Positions 1 to 8,591 of a stretch of DNA of 64,000 nt are shown here, one piece after another (within the stretch, counting starts at the first letter, position 1; the number at the start of each line of letters is the position of its first letter). Source of the DNA: Akkermansia muciniphila (lineage in GTDB: Bacteria; Verrucomicrobiota; Verrucomicrobiia; Limisphaerales; F1-80-MAGS106); NCBI GenBank assembly GCA_945865375.1, contig CAMBEJ010000009.1:479-64478 (forward strand). Direction: 5' to 3'. The notes under the pieces were generated by a model. The model was not told the origin of the DNA and did no database searches. It saw only the letters and a program-made list of their open reading frames with translations. The position numbers and the translations under genes were made by a program.

Positions 1-1
1 G

Positions 2-1525
2 GTGGGTGATCCCAAACGCATAGCGCTCATCGCCGCCAATCTTGTGGCGCATTTCGAGAAGCGCGTGGAAGCGATGGACGGCAAGGCCATGATTGTCTGC
101 ATGAGTCGTCGCATCTGTGTGGAGATTTTCAACGCGCTTATCGCACTGCGTCCCGAATGGGCCAGCGCTGAATACGACGAGTCTGAAACTGAGAAGGGCA
201 AAGAATGCTAGGTGAAAGTCGTGATGACTGGCAGTGCTGATGACGGCCCCGACTGGCAGCCGCACATCCGCAGCAAGGACAAGCGCCGTAAATTAGCGAA
301 CCGCTTTAAGGACTCGAAAGACCCGTTTCGCATCGTGATTGTGCGCGACATGTGGCTGACCGGATTTGATGCGCCCTGCCTGCATACGATGTATGCCGAC
401 AAACCGATGCAAGGCCACGGACTGATGCAGGCCATCGCCCGAGTGAACCGTGTTTTCCGCGACAAGCCCGGTGGGCTGGTGGTCGATTACCTCGGCCTTG
501 CCGATCAGCTCAAGCGCGCTCTCGCCATTTACACCGAAAGCGGCGGTCAAGGCAATCCAACCTGCGATACGCACCAAGCGATTGCCTTGATGCTGGAGAA
601 GCACGGCATCGCTTGCGATTTGCTCCACGGCTTCAACTGGGATAAGTGGACGAGCGGCCAGCCCACTGAACGTCTCGCTCTGATACCCGCCGGACAGGAG
701 ATCATTCTCGAACAAGAGGACGGCAAGAAACGCTTTGTTCAAGTGGTGACCGAACTTTGCCGTGCCTTCGCCCTCTGGGCCGCAAATGATGAAGCGACGG
801 AGATCCGCGATGATGTCAGTTTTTTCCAAGCCCTTCAGTCCGCGTTGAACAAGGAGAGCACCAACAACCGAGAGAGTCCCGAGCAAATCGATGCCGCCAT
901 TCGCCAACTCGTGTCCAAAGCCATCACGACCGAGGGCCAGGTGATTGACGTTTTCACAGCCGCAGGTTTGAAGCAGCCCGACATCGGAATTCTCGACGAC
1001 CGTTTTCTCGCGGAGGTTCGCGGCCTGAAGCACAAAAATGTCGCCGCCGAGTTGCTGGAGAAGTTGCTCAGGGACGAGATCAAACTCCGCTCGAAACGAA
1101 ATTTTGTGCAGACACAGCTATTTTCCGAGAAACTCAAGAAGACCCTGAACGCCTATCACAACCGGGCGATCTCCACGATGGAGGTCATTGAAGAACTCAT
1201 CAAACTTGCGAAGGAAGTGCAGGAGTCCGGCAATCGCAGCGGCCTCACCCCGGACGAGTGGGCGTTTTACGACGCTCTGGCGGCCAACGGAAGCGCCAAG
1301 CAAGCGATGGGAGACGCGAAACTCAAGGTCATCGCCGCCGAACTCATCACAAAAGTGCGCCAAAGTGTGACCATCGACTGGACGTTGCGAGAGAGCGCAC
1401 GGGCCAAAATCAAAGTCATGGTGAAGCGCATCCTGAACAAATATGGCTACCCGCCGGACCTACAGGAAGAGGCCGTGAAGACCGTGCTCATGCAGGCGGA
1501 ATTGCTGTGTGCAGAGTGGGTGTAA
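2..1525 (+). pseudogene. hsdR: Type I restriction enzyme R subunit (HsdR), C-terminal ~505 codons. The 5' end lies outside the window. The frame is broken by an in-frame TAG at 209-211.
   Basis: ORFs 2-211 and 212-1525 share one frame and are separated only by TAG. The joined translation [28 protein letters not shown]...[14 protein letters not shown]...[44 protein letters not shown] matches the conserved helicase-C region and C-terminal domain of HsdR. Confidence 0.7.
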
Positions 1526-1547
1526 GGCGGTTTTCTGCGTGCAAAAA

Positions 1548-1665
1548 CCTTCAGTGAATTCTTCAGTAAAACCTTCAGTAACCGGTCGCGAATGTGCCCT
1601 CGTTGAGAAGGGCCGCCTTCAGTGAAATCTTCAGTGGGCGTGCGATGAAAGTGCCCTGTTCATAG
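1548..1665. repeat. Five CTTCAGT heptamers inside an imperfect ~68-bp tandem duplication downstream of hsdR
   Basis: CTTCAGT at 1549, 1561, 1573, 1617 and 1629. The 20-mer ccttcagtgaaWtcttcagt occurs twice (1548-1567, 1616-1635). Each copy is followed by a gcgaWg..gtgccctSgtt segment. Confidence 0.8.
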
Positions 1666-1915
1666 GGGTTTGTGTTGTGTCCGTGCAGTCTTGACTGTTT
1701 CGGAAAACATGAGAAATTCATTGCGGATTTGAACTCCTGCGCCATACGTGTTCATATTATTGTGAATACCCTCCTAAGGCCGGGTAACCTCACCCGGCGC
1801 ACCCTGTTCAGCAACCGACAATTTTTGAATTCACCAGCACTTTTGGCTGTGTCAAACGGACCTTGCGTGAGCGCATCTGTCCCAGCACAATTCGGTCAAT
1901 AAAACCCGCACAAAA

Positions 1916-4882
1916 ATGGACACTCCCTTCTGCCATCCAACAGAACTCATTCCCCGAAATCCTCGACCCTTTCGCGCCGTCTGGGATCAGATCCGCGCGT
2001 TCCCCGTGATCCTCCTCACTGGGTGTTTTCAGATCCAGACGGGTCGCGCCGCTGACACCGACCCGGTCGTCGCAACGCAACCCTCCTGGGGAACCATCAC
2101 TGCTGCGACGAACGGGACCGGAGTCCTCCAACTCGAAGTCCGTTCCTGGCCGATGAGCGGCAAGCTCGCCCTTCCCACCCCCTTTCCGCACATCACCTCC
2201 GCACGGTTGGCCAAAGACCGGTGGGCACGCCCGCTGAACTGGGTTTTTAACGCCGACGCCACCGCCCTGCAGCTCGAAATGCCGGTTGATGCCCTTGAGA
2301 AAGGGACAGTCACCGTGCTTCTGGAGACTGCCGAAAACACCGCCCAGTTTTCCGATGGCCGTATCACGTTTTCAGCCCTCGACTCCAAAGTAAGCGGTGC
2401 CAAGGCAAAACTGGAATCCCACCCCGGAAACCATCGCATTGGTTTTTGGACCGATGCGACGGACTCTGTGAGCTGGTATTACAAGCCCACGCGATGGGGG
2501 ATGTACGATGTGGATATCACATTCTCCGCCAATGGCGGTGAAGGCACGGAGGTGGTTCTAGAAATTGCGGGGAAAACGCTCAAGGTTACGCGACCCTCCA
2601 CCGGCAGTTGGTACCGCTACACCACCCTTAGGGCAGGCCGGGTTTACTTGGAAAAATCGGAACCCTTCACCCTGCGCGCCGCCTGTTCAGTGCTGAAAGG
2701 AGCGGCGGCGATGAATCTTAAAGCCATCACCCTCCGGGCCGCTCCCGAAGGGGAATCCATCGCCCAAGCCGCTGATCATTCCGTGACCTTGCAGGCCCGT
2801 GATGCGCGCACGCACAGCGTGTTGATGCGATATGAACCCGCCACCATAAAGAATTGCCTGGGCTACTGGGCCAACGTCGATGACTGGGCCGATTGGGATT
2901 TTCAAGTGACACAACCCGGCGCTTTTGAGCTGGAGGTCTGGCAAGGATGTGGGAAAGGGCAGGGAGGAAGCGACGTCTCCGTCGAAATCGCGGGACAGCG
3001 CGTCGATTTCGTGGTGGAGGAGACCGGGCATTTCCAAAATTTCCTACCCCGTGCCCTAGGCCGGATCTTCCTCCCTTATCCTGGCGCTTATTCCCTGGCC
3101 ATCAAACCGCAGCGCAAGCAGGCAGGCGCTGTGATGGATATCCGACAGATCCGGATCGTCCCGGTCGCGCCTCCCGAAAACACATCGGCCCTGGCCAAAA
3201 CCCTGACCAGGGCGCGCCGCGTGGTGTTCCTCGGAGACAGCATTACCTACGGCGGAGAATGGGTGGAGTTCGTGGAAACGTATCTCCGCCTCCATCATCC
3301 GGGCGCGCCGCTCGATTTCATTGACCTCGGTCTTCCTAGCGAGACGCTCTCGGGGCTCTCCGAACCGGGGCACGCCGGTGGCTCCTTTCCCCGCCCTGAC
3401 GTGCATGAACGCCTGGGCCGCGTTCTTGAAAAGGCACGTCCGGACGTGGTGGTGGCGTGCTACGGGATGAACGACGGGATGTACTACCCCTTTGCAGAAG
3501 ATCGATTTCAGAAATTCAAGGACGGCGTGCTCCGCCTCCGCGAACGAGCCGCCGCAGCCGGTGCCTGGGTGATTCATATCACACCGCCTACGTTTGACCC
3601 GGTGCCGATCAAAGGCCGAACATTGCCTGCCGGCCTTGCCGAATATCGTTCCCCCTACGAAGGTTACAATGACGTCCTGGATCGCTATTCGGAATGGCTC
3701 GTCTCCCAGCGCTCGCTCGGCTGGGACGTCATCGATGCTCATGGTCCCATGAACAGGTTCCTCGCAGAACGCCGGCGTGATAATCCAACATTCCAACTCG
3801 CCGGCGACGGAGTCCACGCCAACACACAGGGACATTGGCTCATCGCCCGAGAGTTTCTCAGAGCCCTCGGTGCCCCTGCGGAAATTGTTTCTGCCGATTC
3901 TTCCGATGTGCTCGTGAAATCATTCCCTCGAGGAGCGGGGGTCTTGAAGCTGGTCCAGCAGCGCCAGCGAAGCCTCAAGGACGCCTGGCTCACCCACACT
4001 GTCCACGTGCGCCCTGGAATGTCGAAAGGCAAACCCCTGGAGGAGGCGATGCGCGAGGCCGCTGCGCTCACCACACAGATGCAGGGGCTCGTCGATCCCC
4101 AGTTCCCAGGCAAACGCTCGCGGTGGTTTGGGTTTGAGCGGTTCGATTTCGATGTCGGCGGCAAGTCCGTCCTGGTGGTCGCCCCCAAAGAAGCGGCTCC
4201 TGGACGTCCCTGGGCCTGGCACGGTGAATTCTTTGGCCACAAACCAAACCCCGATCTGGGACTGCTTGGCAAGGGTTTTCACGTGGTTTACCTCAGCGTG
4301 CCCGACATGCTGGGAAGCCCCGGAGCGGTGCAGTTCTGGGACACCTTGTTTCGCGAGCTGACCCAGGCCTACGACTTCTCCAAAAAGCCCGCGCTCGTGG
4401 GGCTGAGCCGGGGAGGACTCTACGTTTACAACTGGGCGGCTGCCAATCCGGAGAATGTCGCCTGCATCTATGGCGATGCGCCCGTCTGCGATTTCAAAAG
4501 CTGGCCAGGCGGATACGGCGCAGGCAAGCGGAGCGACCGCGATTGGAACCTGGTCCTTCAGCGATACGGGTTCAAGGACGAATCCGAAGCGAAGAGCTAC
4601 GCGAAAAATCCGGTCGACAATCTGAAACTCCTGGCCGCGGCCAAAGTGCCTCTCCTCCACGTTTATGGGGATGCTGATGAAGTCGTGCCTTGGGAGGAAA
4701 ATACGGGCCTTTTGGCCAAACGCTACAAAGAGCTGGGCGGCTCCATCACCCTCATCGCAAAACCAGGAGTGAAACATCATCCACACGGCCTCGATGACTC
4801 CACGCCGATCGTGGATTTCATATGGGAAAGCACAGCCACAGCCGAGGCGAAACAGTGGCTTTCCAGGCACGGAAAAAACTAG
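1916..4882 (+). CDS. Secreted multidomain esterase: two beta-sandwich (CBM-like) repeats, an SGNH/GDSL hydrolase domain and a C-terminal alpha/beta-hydrolase domain
   Basis: SGNH blocks VVFLGDSITYGG, YGMNDG and DGVHAN. C-terminal GxSxG (VGLSRGG), YGDADEVVP and KHHPHG. An internal repeat pattern G(F/Y)W..W...EIAG(K/Q) occurs twice in the N-terminal half. Hydrophobic N-terminus. Start codon uncertain. Confidence 0.65.
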   Translation: MDTPFCHPTELIPRNPRPFRAVWDQIRAFPVILLTGCFQIQTGRAADTDPVVATQPSWGTITAATNGTGVLQLEVRSWPMSGKLALPTPFPHITSARLAKDRWARPLNWVFNADATALQLEMPVDALEKGTVTVLLETAENTAQFSDGRITFSALDSKVSGAKAKLESHPGNHRIGFWTDATDSVSWYYKPTRWGMYDVDITFSANGGEGTEVVLEIAGKTLKVTRPSTGSWYRYTTLRAGRVYLEKSEPFTLRAACSVLKGAAAMNLKAITLRAAPEGESIAQAADHSVTLQARDARTHSVLMRYEPATIKNCLGYWANVDDWADWDFQVTQPGAFELEVWQGCGKGQGGSDVSVEIAGQRVDFVVEETGHFQNFLPRALGRIFLPYPGAYSLAIKPQRKQAGAVMDIRQIRIVPVAPPENTSALAKTLTRARRVVFLGDSITYGGEWVEFVETYLRLHHPGAPLDFIDLGLPSETLSGLSEPGHAGGSFPRPDVHERLGRVLEKARPDVVVACYGMNDGMYYPFAEDRFQKFKDGVLRLRERAAAAGAWVIHITPPTFDPVPIKGRTLPAGLAEYRSPYEGYNDVLDRYSEWLVSQRSLGWDVIDAHGPMNRFLAERRRDNPTFQLAGDGVHANTQGHWLIAREFLRALGAPAEIVSADSSDVLVKSFPRGAGVLKLVQQRQRSLKDAWLTHTVHVRPGMSKGKPLEEAMREAAALTTQMQGLVDPQFPGKRSRWFGFERFDFDVGGKSVLVVAPKEAAPGRPWAWHGEFFGHKPNPDLGLLGKGFHVVYLSVPDMLGSPGAVQFWDTLFRELTQAYDFSKKPALVGLSRGGLYVYNWAAANPENVACIYGDAPVCDFKSWPGGYGAGKRSDRDWNLVLQRYGFKDESEAKSYAKNPVDNLKLLAAAKVPLLHVYGDADEVVPWEENTGLLAKRYKELGGSITLIAKPGVKHHPHGLDDSTPIVDFIWESTATAEAKQWLSRHGKN

Positions 4883-4950
4883 GCAACGCGCAATGACTGC
4901 TGACTGATGACTGCTTGCGCATCACCGCCCCCAGTTCCATCCTCACCCGC

Positions 4951-5754
4951 TCACCCCTGCCGCCGATACCACGCAATGCCGCTAGTTTCTTCCTCCTGCA
5001 GAACCTCGGCAAGCTGAAAGCCCGCTGCGCGAAGATCCCGGTCAACCTCGTCCCGTGACACAATCCACTTGTGCCACTCCACCACCACGCGGTCCACCCG
5101 GCGCATAAACGCCGCCTCGTTCCGAAATAGATGCTTCTCCGACCCCTCGATATCCACCTTGAGAAGACCGCAACGGACATCGCCAACGTGCGCCACCCAC
5201 GCTCGTTCCAAGTCGATGTTCGACACCGTGACTTTGGTCCAGTCCCCTTTGGGAGGCTTCCCCGGTTCATAAACAGGAAATTGCGAAGAGCCGAGGTTGG
5301 ACGGCAGGATAAAAAACTCGGCTTTGTCCGTCCCCATATTACTCGCGCCAACAAGGCCGTGAAGCACTTTGATTCCCGACAGCCGGTTTGCTTTCAGAAG
5401 CCACGCGGATTCCTCGACCATTTCCGGATTGGCGTCGATCATCAAGCCCTTCAAGTCCCGCTTGCCAGTTTCATGGGCCAGCAAGGCGGCGAAAAGGCCA
5501 GCGTTACAGCCGAGGTCCGCAAAGGTTTGCATAGCCCTGGGATCGATTACTTTGCTGTAGGCGTTGCGCGTGAAAAACTCGTCCGCAAGAAAGAATGTCT
5601 CGAGATAACGCCGCCGATATTTCACCCCGCTCCCTGGCAAGGTTTTGACGAGTGGAACAAGCTTGAGAAAAAACCCAACGGCCTGCCGGACGCGAAGGAG
5701 GCGGATCAGGTGATGAAAGCCGGGAACCCTGTCGAGTCGCTGGGCGAGGGTCAT
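4951..5754 (-). CDS. FkbM-family SAM-dependent methyltransferase
   Basis: FADLGCNAGLFAALLA (SAM motif I) and LLKVDIEGSEKHLF, typical of FkbM-family methyltransferases. ATG at 5754. Confidence 0.7.
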   Translation of the reverse strand: MTLAQRLDRVPGFHHLIRLLRVRQAVGFFLKLVPLVKTLPGSGVKYRRRYLETFFLADEFFTRNAYSKVIDPRAMQTFADLGCNAGLFAALLAHETGKRDLKGLMIDANPEMVEESAWLLKANRLSGIKVLHGLVGASNMGTDKAEFFILPSNLGSSQFPVYEPGKPPKGDWTKVTVSNIDLERAWVAHVGDVRCGLLKVDIEGSEKHLFRNEAAFMRRVDRVVVEWHKWIVSRDEVDRDLRAAGFQLAEVLQEEETSGIAWYRRQG

Positions 5755-5860
5755 GCGTTGTGGTGTCGTACAATCCAGACTGTGTTCATTGGCGGTGACA
5801 TTACGATTTGTCGCGCCACCCGGTCAAGCGGAGGAAGAGGGCGAGCAGCAGTTCTCATTT

Positions 5861-6082
5861 TCAGACCTCAGTAAAACCGGTTGAAATCGTGATCTGGGCG
5901 CGCAACCCCAATTCCTCCATTTTTCGTAATCGTAATCGTAATCGTAATCCTCGGGTGTTGCCCTTGAAACAGAGGGGTGGATTACGATTACGATTACGAT
6001 TACGATTACGATTAGGAGCAGGAGCAGGGAATTGGAGTTGCTCGAGCATCAGGCTAAACAGGGTCGTTTTACTGAGTTCAGA
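5861..6082 (+). mobile_element. Foldback MITE-like element, copy A (hexamer-arm element)
   Basis: Terminal inverted repeats tcagacctcagtaaaac (5861-5877) and gttttactgagttcaga (6066-6082). Subterminal complementary gcaacYccaattcc blocks. Left arm (cgtaat)x4, a 32-nt central spacer, right arm (attacg)x5 plus attagg, then (aggagc)x2. Confidence 0.8.
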
Positions 6083-6101
6083 TTTTGAAAAATGACTGAA
6101 G

Positions 6102-6131
6102 GCAGGGTCTCCGGCATGCCGGAGACCCTGC
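6102..6131. repeat. Perfect 30-bp GC-rich palindrome flanked by 13-bp direct repeats; possible bidirectional terminator or tiny insertion
   Basis: gcagggtctccggcatgccggagaccctgc equals its own reverse complement. attttgaaaaatg occurs at 6082-6094 and 6138-6150. Confidence 0.75.
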
Positions 6132-6239
6132 CCCCACATTTTGAAAAATGGAACTGCTGCATTTGTGTCCGGAACATTGCGCTTGCGCCTGTCGTGTGAA
6201 AGGATCGCGGGACGTCGTTTTCAACGCACCTTTGCTTCT

Positions 6240-7658
6240 ATGCGAAAAATAGTCTCTTTTGCGGTCGTTGTCTTTGTGAGTTCGGGTGTTGCGTTGACCC
6301 TCGTCGACGGGGCGCAAGCCGCCGGGTCTCCGGCGGACTCGCCTTCAATGTTCTCACCGGCCATCGACGCCAACCTCTTTTCGAAGCCACTCGCTCTGGT
6401 GGACGCCCTCAGCATCGCCGAGTTGCGCAACGGGGCTGTGCTTCACGCGCGCAAGGAGGTGGAGGCCCAGAACGGAGTCGCAGTGCAGACAAAGGTCGTC
6501 GCGCTTCCACGGGTCAAAGGCTCTAGCGGATATCAGACCTCGGACCGCGCTGCCCAGGAGTCTTTCGTGCCTGGCTTCCCTAAACCCAACGAACAAAGCT
6601 GGAATGCCGGCATTCAGGTTGTTCAACCCATCTATGAAGGGGGACGCGTCAGAGCTGCCTTGCGCTCTTCAAAATTGATCCGCGAGCTCGCGCTCAGACA
6701 TTTCGAGACCGTCCTGGCGGACACAATTCAGGATGTTCGAATCGCCTATGCGGATGCCCTGCTGGCGCGGGAACAAATCGGAGTGCAGGAGGCTTCACTC
6801 AATCTTTTGGGGAAAGAATTGGAAGATGCCCGACGCCGGTTCGAAGCAGGAACGGTCCCTCAGTTCAACGTGCTGCGCGCCGAAACCGAACTCGGCAATG
6901 CCCGACCGCGGTTGATCCGCGCCAGAAACGCTTCACGCACTGCCAAGCAAAACCTCATAAATCTTCTGGGACAACACATCCCGGGCGCTGTCGGGGAAGA
7001 GATCCCGCTGGAACTCTCAGGTAATCTGGACGTTCTTGCCGTGACCGTCGAGTTGAGCTCATCCCTCCTCGAGGCGATGGCGAATCGAAGCGAACTGGCC
7101 GCCTCGCGAATCGCACAAGGCCTTCGGGGCGAGGAATTGAACACCGCCAGGGCGGGGTCCCGTCCGCGGGTTGAGGTCTTTGGAGGTTATGGGGCGCGAA
7201 GCCCGCAGTTTGACAGAGACCTTGGTGCGGGCCTAGCCGGATGGCAGACTGGCGCGCAGGTTTCGTGGGATTTATGGGATGGCGGTCTGACACGAGGCAG
7301 GATCCAGGAGGCACAAGCAAAACGCGACCAGGCGGCCATCGCGCTCGACCAGGTCGTGCGCCGGGTAGAACTGGAGGTGAGAACCGCATACTCCAGCTTC
7401 ACGGAAACCAAAGAGTTACTGGCATCACAAGAACGCGTCACGCAAACCGCCGGAGAAGCCCTCCGGCTGGCGAATTCAAGAGCCGAGGCGGGCGCGGCCA
7501 CTCAACTGGACGTCCTCAGCGCGCAAACCTCTTTGACCGAGGCACGCACCATTTATGTGCAGGCAACACGCGACTACTCTGTAGCCATCACCCGCCTGGA
7601 GCGTGCCACGGGCCGGTTGGTCACTCGCGCAACGTTCCAGACCCACCCAATTCCATGA
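6240..7658 (+). CDS. TolC-family outer membrane efflux protein
   Basis: Signal peptide MRKIVSFAVVVFVSSGVALTLVDGAQA. Two-fold repeated coiled-coil OEP architecture (QFNVLRAETELGNARPRLIRARN..., ATQLDVLSAQTSLTEARTIYVQATRDYSVAITRLERATG). The start was moved from the track start to the ATG at 6240. Confidence 0.75.
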   Translation: MRKIVSFAVVVFVSSGVALTLVDGAQAAGSPADSPSMFSPAIDANLFSKPLALVDALSIAELRNGAVLHARKEVEAQNGVAVQTKVVALPRVKGSSGYQTSDRAAQESFVPGFPKPNEQSWNAGIQVVQPIYEGGRVRAALRSSKLIRELALRHFETVLADTIQDVRIAYADALLAREQIGVQEASLNLLGKELEDARRRFEAGTVPQFNVLRAETELGNARPRLIRARNASRTAKQNLINLLGQHIPGAVGEEIPLELSGNLDVLAVTVELSSSLLEAMANRSELAASRIAQGLRGEELNTARAGSRPRVEVFGGYGARSPQFDRDLGAGLAGWQTGAQVSWDLWDGGLTRGRIQEAQAKRDQAAIALDQVVRRVELEVRTAYSSFTETKELLASQERVTQTAGEALRLANSRAEAGAATQLDVLSAQTSLTEARTIYVQATRDYSVAITRLERATGRLVTRATFQTHPIP

Positions 7659-7778
7659 CCCATCTCGAACGAGCCTCCGAAATGTTAGGCGTGGAAGCGA
7701 CGTTCTTTCAGCCATTCGTCATGCAGAGGATGTGAGGAGGGTCTCACGACATCAAAACGGTTCGCTAATTGAAGGACC

Positions 7779-8582
7779 GTGCTCCACAATAAAGTCGTGT
7801 TCAGACCTTGCATTGATCTTCACGAGGGCCGGGTGAAACAGATAGTCGGCGGCACGTTGGGAAGTGATTCCAACGGCATGCGGACCCATTTTATTTCCGA
7901 GCAACCCAGCTCCTATTACGCCGAGCTTTACAAAAAAGATGGACTTCGAGGTGGGCACGTCATCCTGTTGGGCCCTGGAAATACGGTATCCGCAATGGAA
8001 GCGTTGCGCGCCTACCCAGGAGGTCTCCAAGTCGGGGGCGGTATCACCCCTTCCAACGCCGGTTCCTTCCTCGACGCCGGGGCTTCCCACGTGATCGTCA
8101 CCTCGTGGATCTTTCGAGAAGGCAGCCTCGATCTTCCACGGCTCAGCGAAATGGTGGCAACAGTCGGCAAAAACCGCTTGGTGCTGGACTTGAGCTGCCG
8201 ACGCAAAGGCCCGGATTATTTCGTCGTCATGGACCGTTGGCAAACCTTCACCGACCTGAAGGTCAACAAGGAAACCCTCGAGTTGTTGTGTCACTTTTGT
8301 GACGAATTCCTCGTCCACGGGGTCGACGTCGAAGGCTTATGCCAGGGCATCGATGAAACGTTGGTTCAAAGGCTCGCCGAGGACTCGCCCCTGCCGAGCA
8401 CCTACGCAGGGGGCGCGCAAGCTCTGGGGGATCTGAAGCGCGTGACCGAGGCTAGCGGCAATCGGGTCGATCTCACGATCGGTTCGGCGCTCGATATTTT
8501 TGGAGGAGAAGGTGTGCGCTACGAGGATGCTGTCGAGTTCAACAGACGGGTGCCTGGGTCGCCTTGGATACCGCGTCCTTGA
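7779..8582 (+). CDS. hisA: ProFAR isomerase, eukaryotic His6-type HisA
   Basis: FRPCIDLHEGRVKQIVGGTL...THFISEQPSSYYAELYKKDGLRGGHVILLGPGN...GGLQVGGGI...VIVTSWIF...LVLDLSCRRK...EFLVHGVDVEGLCQGID...YAGGA aligns along its length with yeast His6 as I remember it. GTG start; an alternative GTG lies at 7797. Confidence 0.75.
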   Translation: MLHNKVVFRPCIDLHEGRVKQIVGGTLGSDSNGMRTHFISEQPSSYYAELYKKDGLRGGHVILLGPGNTVSAMEALRAYPGGLQVGGGITPSNAGSFLDAGASHVIVTSWIFREGSLDLPRLSEMVATVGKNRLVLDLSCRRKGPDYFVVMDRWQTFTDLKVNKETLELLCHFCDEFLVHGVDVEGLCQGIDETLVQRLAEDSPLPSTYAGGAQALGDLKRVTEASGNRVDLTIGSALDIFGGEGVRYEDAVEFNRRVPGSPWIPRP

Positions 8583-8591
8583 GGCCTCCCT

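Noticed and set aside
2-211. Treating 2-211 and 212-1525 as two separate genes
   Set aside because: They share one frame separated by a single TAG, and together they reconstitute a contiguous HsdR sequence. The GTG at 212 is simply the codon after the stop.
5925-6035. Hexamer repeat arrays considered as a possible CRISPR array
   Set aside because: The units are 6 nt and directly abutting with no spacers. The two arrays are reverse complements forming a hairpin. No cas genes are in the window.
5808-6139. ORFs 5808-6095(+) and 5861-6139(-), and their analogues 16767-17054, 16751-17506, 31796-32005, 48300-48689 and 52104-52433, which encode RNRNRN / LRLRLR / VIVIVI low-complexity peptides
   Set aside because: They are read-through translations of the hexamer arrays of the MITE-like element. 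The same DNA is open on both strands, has no RBS or start context, and varies in repeat number between copies.
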